A stretch of DNA of 63,272 nucleotides, the filler included, from Intoshia linei (Eukaryota; Animalia; Orthonectida), in assembly GCA_001642005.1 (NCBI GenBank). It is 7 parts of 7 records of this genome, joined end to end, with 100 filler letters (N's around TTAATTAATTAA, not from the genome) between each part and the next. Parts side by side here need not be neighbours in the genome. Positions count along the whole stretch, not along the records: positions 1 to 13,222 come from LWCA01001029.1; 6 more parts are not named here. One strand, given 5' to 3'. The position numbers and the translations under genes are program-made. The notes beneath the pieces are model-generated. The model did no database searches and was not told the DNA's origin. It was given only the letters and a program-made list of their open reading frames with translations. Shown piece after piece: positions 1 to 12,228 of the stretch; the first letter of the stretch is position 1; each line of letters starts with the position of its first letter.

Positions 1-276
1 AATCTGATTTAAACTTTTCAATTTGAAGTAAAATGATATATTGCATTATGATCAGATGGATTGTCCACGGCCGCATATAAACGCTCTCATGGCCACATGC
101 GTTGTGCACCCCTGACCTAGGTTACACATTTTATTATCTGAAATGTGCATCTTCACAGTAAAAACTACAAATTACTTTAAAATAATAGACCTAGAATTTA
201 AAAAAAAAAATCACTAAATTATTATAGATCATACAACTTTTTAAACAATGATACAATATTTTACCTTGATGGTTAC

Positions 277-453
277 ATTTTTTAAATGGGGTGCAACTTG
301 AACAACTTTGTAAAATGTTTTTTGTTTGTGTTTGTTTACTTCAATAGATCGATAAACTAATCGACCAAGTCCAAAATTTTTTAGATTTGACAATATGTAA
401 AATAACTGCTTTCCACGTAATGTTGTTTCACGCCCAACAAAAACCTGTTTCAT
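277..453 (-). CDS. MRPS34: Mitochondrial ribosomal protein S34, first exon (rest of gene lies left of the window)
   Basis: MKQVFVGRETTLRGKQLFYILSNLKNFGLGRLVYRS matches the invertebrate mS34 N-terminal pattern (GR.T...GK.L..I..NLKNFG.GR.V.R). A GT donor follows at 276, with an alternative at 264. Confidence 0.8.
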
Positions 454-1116
454 TTTAAAAAAAGTTTAGTTTATATTAATTTACAAGGTTTCCAGTTGTT
501 GTAGTAAAAGTTATTTTGCATTTTTCATTTTTTGTTAAAATTTAACTGTCGACTCGTAATCGTCTGTAGGGATAGAAAAAATATGCTATTAACACATATT
601 TAACAATATTTAACCCATCAATTGATGAAGACGCATACATGCGTTTGGTAAAATCAAAACGATACAGATTTAAAACATTACAACCTGCTTGAAATTGTAA
701 TTTTAAATATATAAGAATGTGATAACATTTTTCAAATCTTGTCGGTTCTAAATTTCTCTGAAGTGTTAATCAATTAGGCTGAAAAATACAAACAATCACA
801 ATGAAATTCGTTACATAAAAATACAATTTTTAGATATGTATTCTTGTCAATATGATTATATTTTTTTGTCTGAAATTCATTAAAAATTACAGTATTTTTC
901 CAAAAAATAAAAAATAAAAGAAATTGTACACCAATAACGCAAACAAAATATTGGCTTTTATATTTTTGCAAGTCTTTTACAATTAAAATTTGAACTATTA
1001 ATTCCCAGAATTTAACATTCAATTTATATTTTTACTTTAAAATATTAAAATGTTTTTCAAATTAAACAACAAAGTTGATTTAAAATTGACATTTTATCGT
1101 TAGATAAACAGGAGAA

Positions 1117-4100
1117 ATGACATTGGATATAGATTTATTTAGAAAGGTAATTTGCATAATATTTTGACCTTTCAATAAACGGTTTAAATAGGATAAGGAT
1201 TTTGACACAATAATACAGAGTGAAAAAAAAAGATTCCACAAATTAGAATCGATTAAAAATTTGGATCGAAATGAACTAATTTCTAAACACGAAAAATTAA
1301 CGAAATGTCATTTTTTTGATTTTTTTAAAATAAAAATAATTTAGTAAAAGAATGTTATGTTAGTGAATGTGAATGTAAGGTAGAAATGACATATTTTCAG
1401 TACATTAATTAAATTTGATAGGAGACCTTGAGTGAACTTGAAAATGAAATTCATTCGGAAATAAAACAACTTGAATCTGAAATTAGGAATACATTGATTG
1501 GTTTTGGAAATATTTTGAATTCTAACGTTGTAATCAGTCAGGATGAGGTAAACGTTTAATTAAACATTAATTTAAAATGTGTACACAACAATTATATGAT
1601 TGGTTTACTAAATTTCGTATTTGACATTTTATGTTGATTCGTTAATTTTGCTTGAATTTAAGGAAATTTATTTTTATAGTTTTATATTTAATATATAGAG
1701 TGAAAATCAATTGATTAAAATTTGGAGTCCAGACGGTAAAAATGTAGAAGATAAAAATCCGAAATATGATTGCAGCCACGTGGACTTGTTGAAAAAAATT
1801 GGTGGAGTTGATTATCAAGCGGGAGTTGATGTAGCTGGAAGTCGTGGATATTATTTAAAGGTTTGTTTAATATATTATATATTCAACCTTCTCTAGGGTC
1901 CAGCTGTTTTTTTGGAGGATGCAATAATCAATTTATGTTTTGAAATATTGATGAAAAAGGGGTACACACCAGTTAGTCCACCTTGTTTTATGAAAAAAGA
2001 TGTTATGGTCGAAGTGGCTCAACTTTCTCAATTCGATGATGAACTTTATAAGGTATAAATTTCGTATCAATACCACCTAAGGTAGTTTTCCCGGTGTTAC
2101 GTATTTATATCTGGAAATTGGAATCTATTCTAATCATAATATTACTCATGGTTATTAATAATATCATATGATACTTTTTAGGTTTTTAATCAAGATAAAG
2201 AGGACATGTATCTAATTGCAACCTCAGAACAACCTCTCGTTGCTCTACACCGTGACGAATGCATTAAAGAGTCGGAACTTCCAATAAAATACATGGGCAC
2301 ATCTTTGTGTTTTAGGCAAGAAGTCGGCTCACATGGTAGAGACACAACGGGCATTTTCAGAGTCCATCAATTTTCAAAAGTGAAATGTGTTATAATTAAT
2401 TAGAATATGTTTAGATTGAACAATTTTGTTTAACGTCATCGGATAAAGGAGAATCGGACAAAATGTTTGCTGAACTGATGGAAAATTCTGAAATTTTGTA
2501 CCAAAAACTAAACATTCCTTACAAAATAGTTTCAATTGTTTCTGGTGAGTTAAATCTAGCAGCATCCATCAAATACGATTTGGAGGGATACTTTCCATCT
2601 TCTCGGAATTATAGAGAATTGGTTTCTTGTTCGAATTGTACAGATTACCAATCTCGATCTGTACGTACCTGTTTCCAAAAAAATGAAGCTTGTGAATTTG
2701 TCCATATGTTGAATTCCACAATGTCTGCGACAACCCGAACAATTTGCGCATTGTTAGAAAATAACCAAACTGAAAATGGTATCAATATTCCTAAAGCTTT
2801 ATCCAAATTCATGCCAGATGATTACAAAACGTTTATACCATTTGTAAATAATGTATGTAAACCAGTGGCTTTTAAATTTACAAAGTCGAAACGTATGTCT
2901 TTAGGTATTGAAGTCTTTCGAAATGAAGAAATGTTGAGGGTAATAAAAGACAGTGAAGTTAAAAGATGTCACTCAGTCGGCCTTGTTGATGAAATTTTGG
3001 AGATTGATGAAAAATGGAGATGCCTCAGGTTTGATATTGATAGATTCAATCGTTTGAAAAATTCGACAAGTAAAATTGTAGGAGAAAAACTGAAAAAGAA
3101 GGACATGTCTGGTGAAAATACTAAATTATTATGCTGTGAGCAATACACAAAAGAGGATTTGGGAAAATATAACGTGGACTGTTTAAAAGATTTAATTAAG
3201 GACATTGCTCAAAATTCTAAGAACTCTAAATCTTTGTTGGAAGAAATGGAGAACCGTCAAGAAATTTTGCTAAGTAAAGTTGGAAATATCGTGAGTCCAG
3301 TTTTACCAAAAGATGGGGTAACCGAATGGATTTCGTCGCGTCCAATAAATGTTGAGTACAAGGAATGTCACGAATTGTTTAATATACTGAACGGGATAAA
3401 TGTATTATCTGGTCAAGTAGTCGTCGGAAATGGTGGCTATTATTTGACTGGCAATATGCTGGTTTTAGAAAGAGCTATAATAAAAATGTGTTTGGCATTT
3501 ATGAAAAAAAAGGAACATGTACCAATTGTACCACCTTGTTTTATCCGTGAAGAAATAATTTCAGAATTACGCAGTGACGATGATACTTTATTCAAAATTT
3601 ATGGTAAAAAAACTGAAAATCCTAACGACCCGGAATGTGACATTAAATACTTGAATGCAAGTTTAGAACAAAGCACTATATCTCTTCATAGAGACGAATG
3701 GATTACTACTAACCAATTCCCTATAAAATACACTCCTGTTTCAGTTTGCTTTAACTATTGCAAAGAAAACAACAGAAAAAATCAATATACTCAAATTGAA
3801 CAACTTACCATGACCTCACCTTTTGACGATGAATCCAATATTACATTTAAAGAAATGCTTTCTAATCTTATCGAGTTTTATAAATCACTCGGCATACCTC
3901 ATCGGATTGTTACTCCACCTCCCAGTAATAATTTTGTTTTTTATATAAGTATATTTTTAGCCAACTTACCCATTGAAGCTTCTGAATATATAATTCTTGA
4001 AGCGTATTATCGGTCCACTAAGGGTTATAAGGAGATTGCATATTTATTAAATACTACTGATTATATGTCGCGTTCCGCGAGAATTCGATATGGTGTCACA

Positions 4101-4359
4101 AAAGGAATGGATAAAGCTGTTTATATAGATAATTATTTTGCTTATTTTTTCATCTAGACTTCATATGTTCACATAGTTTATGGTAAAATATTTGATTCGA
4201 TGAATATGTTGTGCGCATTTCTGGAAAACAACCAAACTGCAGAAGGCATTCAAATACCTGAAGCACTTAAACCGTTTATGCCGGAAAGTAATTCCATGTA
4301 TTTTAAACTTGGTATAAATTTATGATTTAGGATTCAAAACTATTCCATTTATAAATTGA
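1117..4359 (+). CDS. SARS1: Cytosolic seryl-tRNA synthetase, tandem double-copy (catalytic copy 1 in frame with degenerate copy 2), ~880 aa
   Basis: Exons 1117-1146, 1192-1306, 1345-1379, 1422-1547, 1699-1860, 1897-2052, 2182-2379, 2415-3924, 3961-4118, 4158-4287, 4331-4359; all are GT-AG and frame-consistent. Copy 1 has [41 protein letters not shown], motif 2 [36 protein letters not shown] and motif 3 [20 protein letters not shown]. Copy 2 starts at ATG 2895 (MSLGIEVFR) and ends [32 protein letters not shown]. Confidence 0.92.
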
Positions 4360-4821
4360 TTATTTTCTGTTTTCCGTTTATTTATTTTTTAAATAAATTT
4401 AATATACTCTTTATTAATTACATCTGTGGTTCCCAAACTTTTTACCAACATTAAGTTATGCTCAACCTGAATTTTTGAGCGAAACTCAAAATTTGGCTGA
4501 AGCGCAGCGAAGCGTGTTATTTTTTTTTGTTATTTAAAAAAATTTTTGGTGCCCTCTTTACTTTGGGGTCTCTTTTTCAAAAATTAATAACAGTTTACAC
4601 ACAATTTTTATTGCAAATTTCAAAATGAATTCTTTAAGTTTTTATTATAAGTTTGATCTGATGATTTTGATTAAAATAATTAAATTACCCTGATAAATGT
4701 CACTTAACTCTGAGCTCTGAGTTTAATTTGAAAACCCGAAGTCTCAGGAGGAAAATAACGCAATTGGCAACCTTAAAAATATGGTTTCAGCCAACATCAT
4801 TGTCGGAAATTATATCATTAA

Positions 4822-5042
4822 CCCTTTCACTGTCTGTATTCTATATTATACACAGCAATTTCACTTCACACGTCTGTGTATTCTATAATATATACAGTAT
4901 AATTTTGAAAAACTTTATTTTATTTTCATACATAAATCACATATTTTCACAGGTAATTTAAAAATAATACAAGTTTAAATTAAAACATAAATTCCAGACG
5001 TGTGTGTGATAGTACATAAAATTGCATCAGACAGTAAAAGGG
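4822..5042. mobile_element. piggyBac-type MITE
   Basis: TTAA on both sides; TIRs CCCTTTCACTGTCTG ... CAGACAGTAAAAGGG. A related copy is at 40060-40201. Confidence 0.8.
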
Positions 5043-5909
5043 TTAAAATATAACGTTAAAAGTCGCTATTGGACAAAAATGACCCATATTAAACTATTTT
5101 TTTCGATGAATTATAACGAAATTTTTTTTTGTTGATACATATTGTCTCAAACCCTCATAGAATCTCTTACTCACTGAAATAGTCGTAATCCGATTCTTTT
5201 TCACTGTTTGAATCAAATATATCTTATTCTTTATTATAAAAAATATCATTTTTAGAATTCTAGTAGAATTTAAAAATTCCAAGCTAATAGATTTATTTAC
5301 ATTATTTATGAAAATACAGAAATTATAATTTTTTTGATAGTATTAGTTTTTTAATTTTACATATTTATCATCGATGTTGTACAACATAAGCCTTATTTAT
5401 TTTTATATAGCTTTCTAGTATAATTTTTGATAATGTTAAAGAAAAATATAGCCGCGTTAACACTTTAATAATTTTTTTTATAACTACTCCTTTTTACTAA
5501 ATATAAATTCAAATAATTAATTGAGTAAAACACGATTTATAATGGTAACCCCTTAACAATTTCAATTAAAAGACTATAGAGATATTATTTTGGTTCTAAA
5601 GAGTTTGGGTGAAACCGTTTGATTATAAGTATGATGATATAATTATATCTATGAAAAATGCCATAAAATGTTAATTAATTCCATAATTAATCATTAAAAT
5701 CAAATTTTTCCTTGAATCCGGTTGAGACAGACCATTTATACTGCAAACTGTAACATTTCAATCTTTGACATGTTCAAATACAGTGGTGACTCATTTTAAT
5801 GTGATGATATCAATAACATGCATATAGTTGTGATTTCTATTTAAGTAACAAATTTTATATAACAATAAATTGTAATCATTTTTTCAACAAAATAGGTGAG
5901 TTATGTAGG

Positions 5910-8900
5910 TTATTCACACGCCAATTTTCCATCAAAACTACTTAAAGCTATTCCAAAGGCTTGCAATGCGCATAAAGGGTAATTATAATCAAGTGTGAAC
6001 ACATCATCCGCAACTCGACCAAATTGCATAACAATATATTCGACTAAAATGAAATGAATTTTTTTAATTATTAATTAAAAATGTATATATATTTTTACCA
6101 TCATTATCGTGTACAATTTGAAAATTTTTAACTGACGCTTGCGTGACACGGCCAAAAAAGTTGAGTACATATGATTGTGTTTCTAAATTATTTTTATTGT
6201 AATTTATAAAATTTTAATTTACCTTCATTCCAAATGGGTTTTTTGTTGTGTAATTCAAGTATATTGTCCATTTTATTTCCCTTCCATCGACTAATTAAAC
6301 AATCTTTATCCTAAGATATTATATATTAGGTAATTCACAAAGTTATGTCGTTTTTATTGATACAATTGATTAGAAACTCTATATAACCGATAAGATTTCA
6401 CGTATTTCCAAATATAAAATATTTTTTAACAATCACGTGTATGACCACATCAGATAAGAACGTAATTTATTTAAATTTACATTTATTCAATGGCCATTTA
6501 GACGAAATATTTTAATGATTTTGAGGGACATTTACGTCATATTTTACTGTATGAGTACTTTAAGGATCTTAGTGCAGTGGTAGCTACCAAAAATATATGT
6601 GCTGTGTATGGTAAGGATGTTTTAAATGACAGAAAATGTCAAAGATGGTTTAAAAGATTTCAAGATGAAAACTACACCCTAATGGATTTCCAACGTTCCG
6701 ATAGACCTTCAACTGTTGACATTAATCAAATAAAAAGTGAATTAAAAAAATCTCCAATTCAAACATGTCAATCGCTTTCCATTGTTACCAGCTGTTCAAA
6801 AACCAGTGCCTATAATTGTTTGAAACGTTTACAAAAAGTGAATAAGTCTGGAATATGGGTACCCCACTTATTAACGATTCAACATAAACTAAATAGAAAA
6901 AACGTATGCCAATTATTACTAGCCAGACTAAAAAATGAATTGTTTTTAGAAAATATTGTGACTGGTGATGAAAAATGGATACATTGTGATAATACTAAAT
7001 TGAAAAAACAATTGACAAATAAAAGCCAGTTTTTTTCAAAATGGAATTAAGAAGTTACCGGAACGTTGGAGAAGAATTGTTGAATGCAATGGAGAATATT
7101 TTGTAGAATAAAGGTTAATCAAAATTTTTATTATAGAAGTTTTAATTATAGTTATAAAAATGACATTACTTTGTGAATGACCTAATACTAGTAGATCAAT
7201 ATAAATAGGAATGTATTTGAATTTTAAGCAAATCTTACTCTTTTTGGGCATAGATCAACTCTATTAGAATCGTGATCCATTCCAGGAATAATTATACTCA
7301 TTTTGCGTGGACCTCTAAACCCTAATACGTTAGTTTCCTAAAAATGTATTATAAATTATTTCAAACAAAAATGTAATTTTACATAAACTATTGCAGCCAA
7401 TTCTTTGCGTAATATTGCATCTTTGGTAACTGGTGTTTTTTTTGGGTTTGAACCACTATTGTATATAGTAAATTGTGTTCCAATCATATTTGAACTAAAA
7501 AATTAATTAATTAACTGATGATAAAATTGGTGTCTAACACTCTATGAATTCTAATTTTGAAAATACCGTAATTTTCCAACACACGCACCGCCATTGCGAG
7601 ACAAATCAATTGGGTCGACTGAAATTATGTAGTTTGACGTTTTACTTTTTCTTCTTTTGCGAGCAGCCAATAAAAATACCTATAAATCACAAATTAAAAA
7701 AACAAAATTAGCATAAAAGTTGACTAATCAATTGTAATTATAGAATAAACTGTTGTTAAAAAAATATATAATTATAGCGAAGGAAATTATTCAATATTAC
7801 CTGTTTAAAAGTTATTACAATTGGCGCAATTAACTACAGCAATTTTACTGAATTTTATTTTTTAAACCATAATAAAAATAAAAACATGTAAACTACAAAG
7901 CAAAATATCCATTACATAATTATAATCACAAATACACAAATGAAAATCGATAGGTTGAAAAGAAAAAAATTAATTTTATCAATTTAAAATAAAAAAATAT
8001 TATTAATTTTAAATTATTGTTGGAATTTCAATAAAATTTTGAATAATAAATTTAAAAATGATAATTTTATTGATATCATCACACTGTAACTTGAAAAATT
8101 ATTACTTTTCTATCTTCGCTTCTTTCCATGTGCAAGTAATATGTAGGATAAATACCTCTATCGACTCCTTTTTTATCCCTAGTTATTCTACATTTTATAG
8201 GTACACCTTGTGGAGCAGGTTTCAATACAAACTCATTGATTTTTTCACAGTTTTCAGTGATGAAACCACTCGAACTTCCTGATGATTGATTTTCAATTTT
8301 GAGCTTTTGTTTGACTTGGATGTTGGCTTTCATTATTTTGTCCTACAATATTATATTTTTAATATTATCCAGATATACTTTAATATAAAAATTATCAAAA
8401 TGAGCGGAACCTATAAACTCAAGTTGCTGATAATTTAAAAAAATATAACAAATATAACTGAACCCTGTCTACAGTTTTTGCCACACGAATTTGTCCGTTT
8501 GAGTTTTAATCATTTTGAAGAATTCTTTGTAAAGAAAAATTTCATTTTTTTAATCTGACATGAAATCTATTAACTGAATAGTTCATTTTTACTAATACTA
8601 AAGAAAATATGCAAAAATGGAACTCTAATGATCCATTGTTATCCTCAATTTTACCAAACCGTCAAATAATCATTTTTTTGTTAAAATCGATACGATATTT
8701 ATATTTGTTAAAATTACTGATTTTAAAAATTTTTTTTGCAATTTTTCTTCAGCTTGTGTAACGTTTCTAGTTTTAGTAGGTTTAGATTTTTCTATTTTTG
8801 CAGGTGCTTCAGCAATTTTTTTATTTTTTTTTATTTTTACTGGTTTTTCTACAATTTCTGAAATATTTTCAGATTCTGTTTCTGATTTTGATGACTTTGA

Positions 8901-9643
8901 TGTAGAAACTGGTACATCAGGATGATTTGAGCTTTCAAATGCACTGAGAGCTTTAAATTTTGACGTGCCTTCTTCTATTGTAGGGATTTCTGAATCTTTG
9001 GTATTTGGGTCAATTGTTTCTTCGATTAATTCTATATTATCTGCTTCATCATCTGTATCGTCCGAAAATGCTATCGGGCCATCATATGCTAAAAAATTAT
9101 TATAATTTCACATTGATATTCAATTTTTATAAGTAATATCAGATTTCCAGAGATTTTGTAGTAAAGATTGGATATTAAACATTGCGTTACGACTACCACA
9201 CAAAAAATACAACCGTATGAAATGAAAAAAAATTTTGTATGTAGAAAAATGGTTTTATATTGAACCTCCAATTAAATTAATACGCAAATTACCAAAATGT
9301 GATAAATTGTTTTTATCGGTAATTAATGGGCGTTGATCGTGGTGTTTAGATCTCGGTTTGTTATTAACATTGGCTTGTAACAAAGAAGTGACTTCAGCTC
9401 GTTTCTTTTTTTGCCTTTTTTGCATAAGTTGTTGCTATAAATCAATATAATGAATACGTTAGATTTGAGAATATGAGAATTAATTAAGATTGATGGATTT
9501 TTATAATACCTGTTTTTCCAATTGTTGTTGGCGTAATGACCGCACTTTTGAATTATTCCTATGAATAAATGAAATATAAAGATTCTTTTAAATTACGATT
9601 GTTGGTTGTTATTTGAATCTACTGTCATCCAATTGTTGTCCAT
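5910..9643 (-). CDS. TUB: Tubby family protein (TUB/TULP), multi-exon
   Basis: N-terminal exons read [10 protein letters not shown] / [12 protein letters not shown]...QAN. Tubby domain: [85 protein letters not shown], and C-terminus [26 protein letters not shown]. Start codon is tentative. Confidence 0.92.
6326..7185 (+). mobile_element. Internally deleted mariner transposon within a Tubby intron
   Basis: TA target duplication; TIRs TTAGGTAATTCACAAAGTTATGTCG / TGACATTACTTTGTGAATGACCTAA. The ORF has the HTH (CQRWFKRF), WVPHLL and IVTGDEKW, then jumps to the C-terminal [20 protein letters not shown], so the second and third catalytic Asp regions are missing. Confidence 0.93.
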
Positions 9644-10414
9644 ATTTTTGAATATATCGCTGAAAAATTAAAATTTTATGTTAACAATTTTACAAAATTT
9701 ATTAAATTTGCATTAAATTGGCATTAACGACATTGTCAATTATTCGAATCGTATTTTTGAATTGACTGGCTTTGTTTTCAAGACTCCAATGGTTTCCTGC
9801 GTGAGTATCTGGATACAATATTTATACTTTCAATATTTTGAAATGGTTACATTCCTTTATATATTCAACGAATGTAAAGACAATTAGATTTTGTCTATAT
9901 ATTTTGTAATTACAATAATGGTCACAGTTTTATGTTGAATGTAAAAATCAATTATCAATCTATAATGTGGATTTACTAAACGACTGTATTACACTCTATT
10001 GGATTGTATTCATTACACAATTAAATTATTTGATATACAAGTATAATATATACTGTATATTAAACGATTATATATGTTTATAGATGAGTTGCCTTCTAAT
10101 GTAGGTATATAAAATTTGTTCTATTCAAAGTGAATAGAAATAGTTACACAATTTTTCAGATAATTCAGTCAGTTGACATTAATCTACAATCGTAGTACAA
10201 TGAGGGAGAATATTTAGTGTAAATGTTTTAAACCAGTATATTAGGGTGTCGCATTTCTTTAAAAATTTTAAAATTTTAAGGACGAACGGCACGCATTCTG
10301 TGCATTTAGGGAATATTAATAATAGTTCTCAATAAAAATATTTAATAATAAGTATTGAGTCGGGGTGTAACGATTGGCAGATAAGAACTCGGATAAGTTC
10401 ATCTTAAATAAAAA

Positions 10415-10491
10415 GATGTCCAAATCTCGATTCGAACCTAGCCACGCAGAATACAATTATATGACTATAACCACTCTGCCAGTTAGACATC
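10415..10491 (-). pseudogene. Degenerate tRNA-like sequence (pseudo-tRNA or SINE head)
   Basis: 7-bp acceptor stem GATGTCT/GGACATC, A box TGGCAGAGTGG, B box GGTTCGAATC, followed by a T run. Anticodon and T stems are mismatched. Confidence 0.55.
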
Positions 10492-11263
10492 ACGAGTGAG
10501 TTATCAAAAGTATATATTCGAATCTCGATTAGTATGGTAGCGATATATCACTACACGGGGTTGATCATTTTTAATTACGCATATAAAAATATTATGGAAA
10601 AATTTGAACAGAATTTTATTCCGACCAAAATGATATATACGTGCATATCCATGGATATTACATTACTATGTTGACCTTATATTATATTATATATGACAGT
10701 ATTTTAAATTTAAAATATTAGAATATATAGTATAATAATTTTCTATTAATGAATGAATGTACTAACAATGAACTAATGATGAAGACATTGATAAAATAAT
10801 TTGGCCCTTATCTCTTAAAAAATTAAAAAGATCTGATTGGAAAAAGGAAGACATGAAAAATGAATTTTTTTCAACCACGTCCATGTTAATTGAACAAAAT
10901 ATATTTTCCAAAGGACCTTTTGATATTTTTGCAATTTATTTTACTCCACAATACATGAATACTTTGTCTATGTTCAATATGTATGTTTTAAGTAGTTGCC
11001 AAAAATAGATATTTTTGATGATCTACGTATATTTTAATTTTTATATATTTTTATGTATTTAAATTCATCATAAATATTAATCTATTTGAATTCAGTATTA
11101 GTTAAATTTTTTTAATTCTTAATATACATATATAATATACAATGTATTGTACATGTATCATTTTTTTAATAGATTTATTCAAATTAATTTCTAAATTTCT
11201 AAAACTACTCATGCTGAGCATGAATAGCATAAGTAGGAGAGTCGCCACTGATATTATACATTA

Positions 11264-11846
11264 CAGTCTAAGTCCTATTTAACGGAATTTTTGGAACTCA
11301 AAAATTTAGGAATTCCGCTAAACAGGATGTTTAGCGATGTTTTTCTATAGAAACGTCATATTTAACGGAATTATTTTAAAAATTAAAATTATTAAATATA
11401 GCTATGAAGAGATATATATTTCTTTATTAGAGATTGTGAATACTAAATAAATACATGTGAATGTTTATAATGAATTATAATATTATTCTAATAAGTGGGG
11501 TAGAGAGAAGCTATTTTTAGATTTTTTTAATATCGCTCAATAAAATAAAATTTATAAAATGTTAATTCTAGACTAGAATTTCTAGTTACTGAAATTTAAA
11601 AAATTATTTACATTTAATATTTTTTATTTATAAATTTATCAGATTTTTGAAAATATTGGACTATTTTGGTTTGCTTTTTTTTATTTGAGATAATTATGTA
11701 AATAAATAACAAAACATTTTAAATTAATATTAATTAAATTAAGAGTAAAATTTTAGTTAACGGAATTTTTGGTTTGTCAAAATTTTGAAATTTCGTTAAA
11801 TAGGAATTCCGATAATTATGAATTCGGTCAAATAGGACTTAGACTG
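11264..11846. mobile_element. Tc1/mariner-superfamily MITE nested in a Helitron copy
   Basis: TA duplication; ~26-bp TIRs CAGTCTAAGTCCTATTTAACGGAATT / AATTCGGTCAAATAGGACTTAGACTG; internal subterminal TTAACGGAATT repeats. Confidence 0.85.
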
Positions 11847-11848
11847 TA

Positions 11849-12228
11849 TCACATTGAAAATGACAAAATAGGTTTTTATAATTTTTTTTGAATTTATGCT
11901 ATTTATGACAATTTTTATTATTGGACTGTTTTTACTTTATTTTTAATATTATACACACATTCTGTCTAATACATTAAAAAAATGGAATAACAATTTATTT
12001 TAAAATTTTTTACCCAAATATTTAAACAAAATTAAGATGGAATAATTCACTTTAAAGTAAAAAGTAATGATATGACGGTTTGACCGGGAACAAGTTTGGG
12101 AACCACTCCTTTAAAGGGTTGATAACAATGAATAGTATGATTTTTAAGTTAGTTTTTTTGGTATAATAAAAATGTGCCCTCGGCAGAGCTAGGTGCTGTT
12201 TGTACGTAGTACATAACAGTTAACCTAG
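11849..12228 (+). mobile_element. Non-autonomous Helitron, 3' portion
   Basis: Ends in hairpin GTTTGTACGTAGTACATAAC followed by CTAG|T. The body is repeated at 14200-14606, 21730-22240 and 57385-57820. Confidence 0.8.

Noticed and set aside
2895-4359. SerRS copy 2 as a pseudogene or assembly duplication
   Set aside because: It is highly diverged from copy 1, yet has no stops or frameshifts over ~450 codons and has three clean GT-AG introns.
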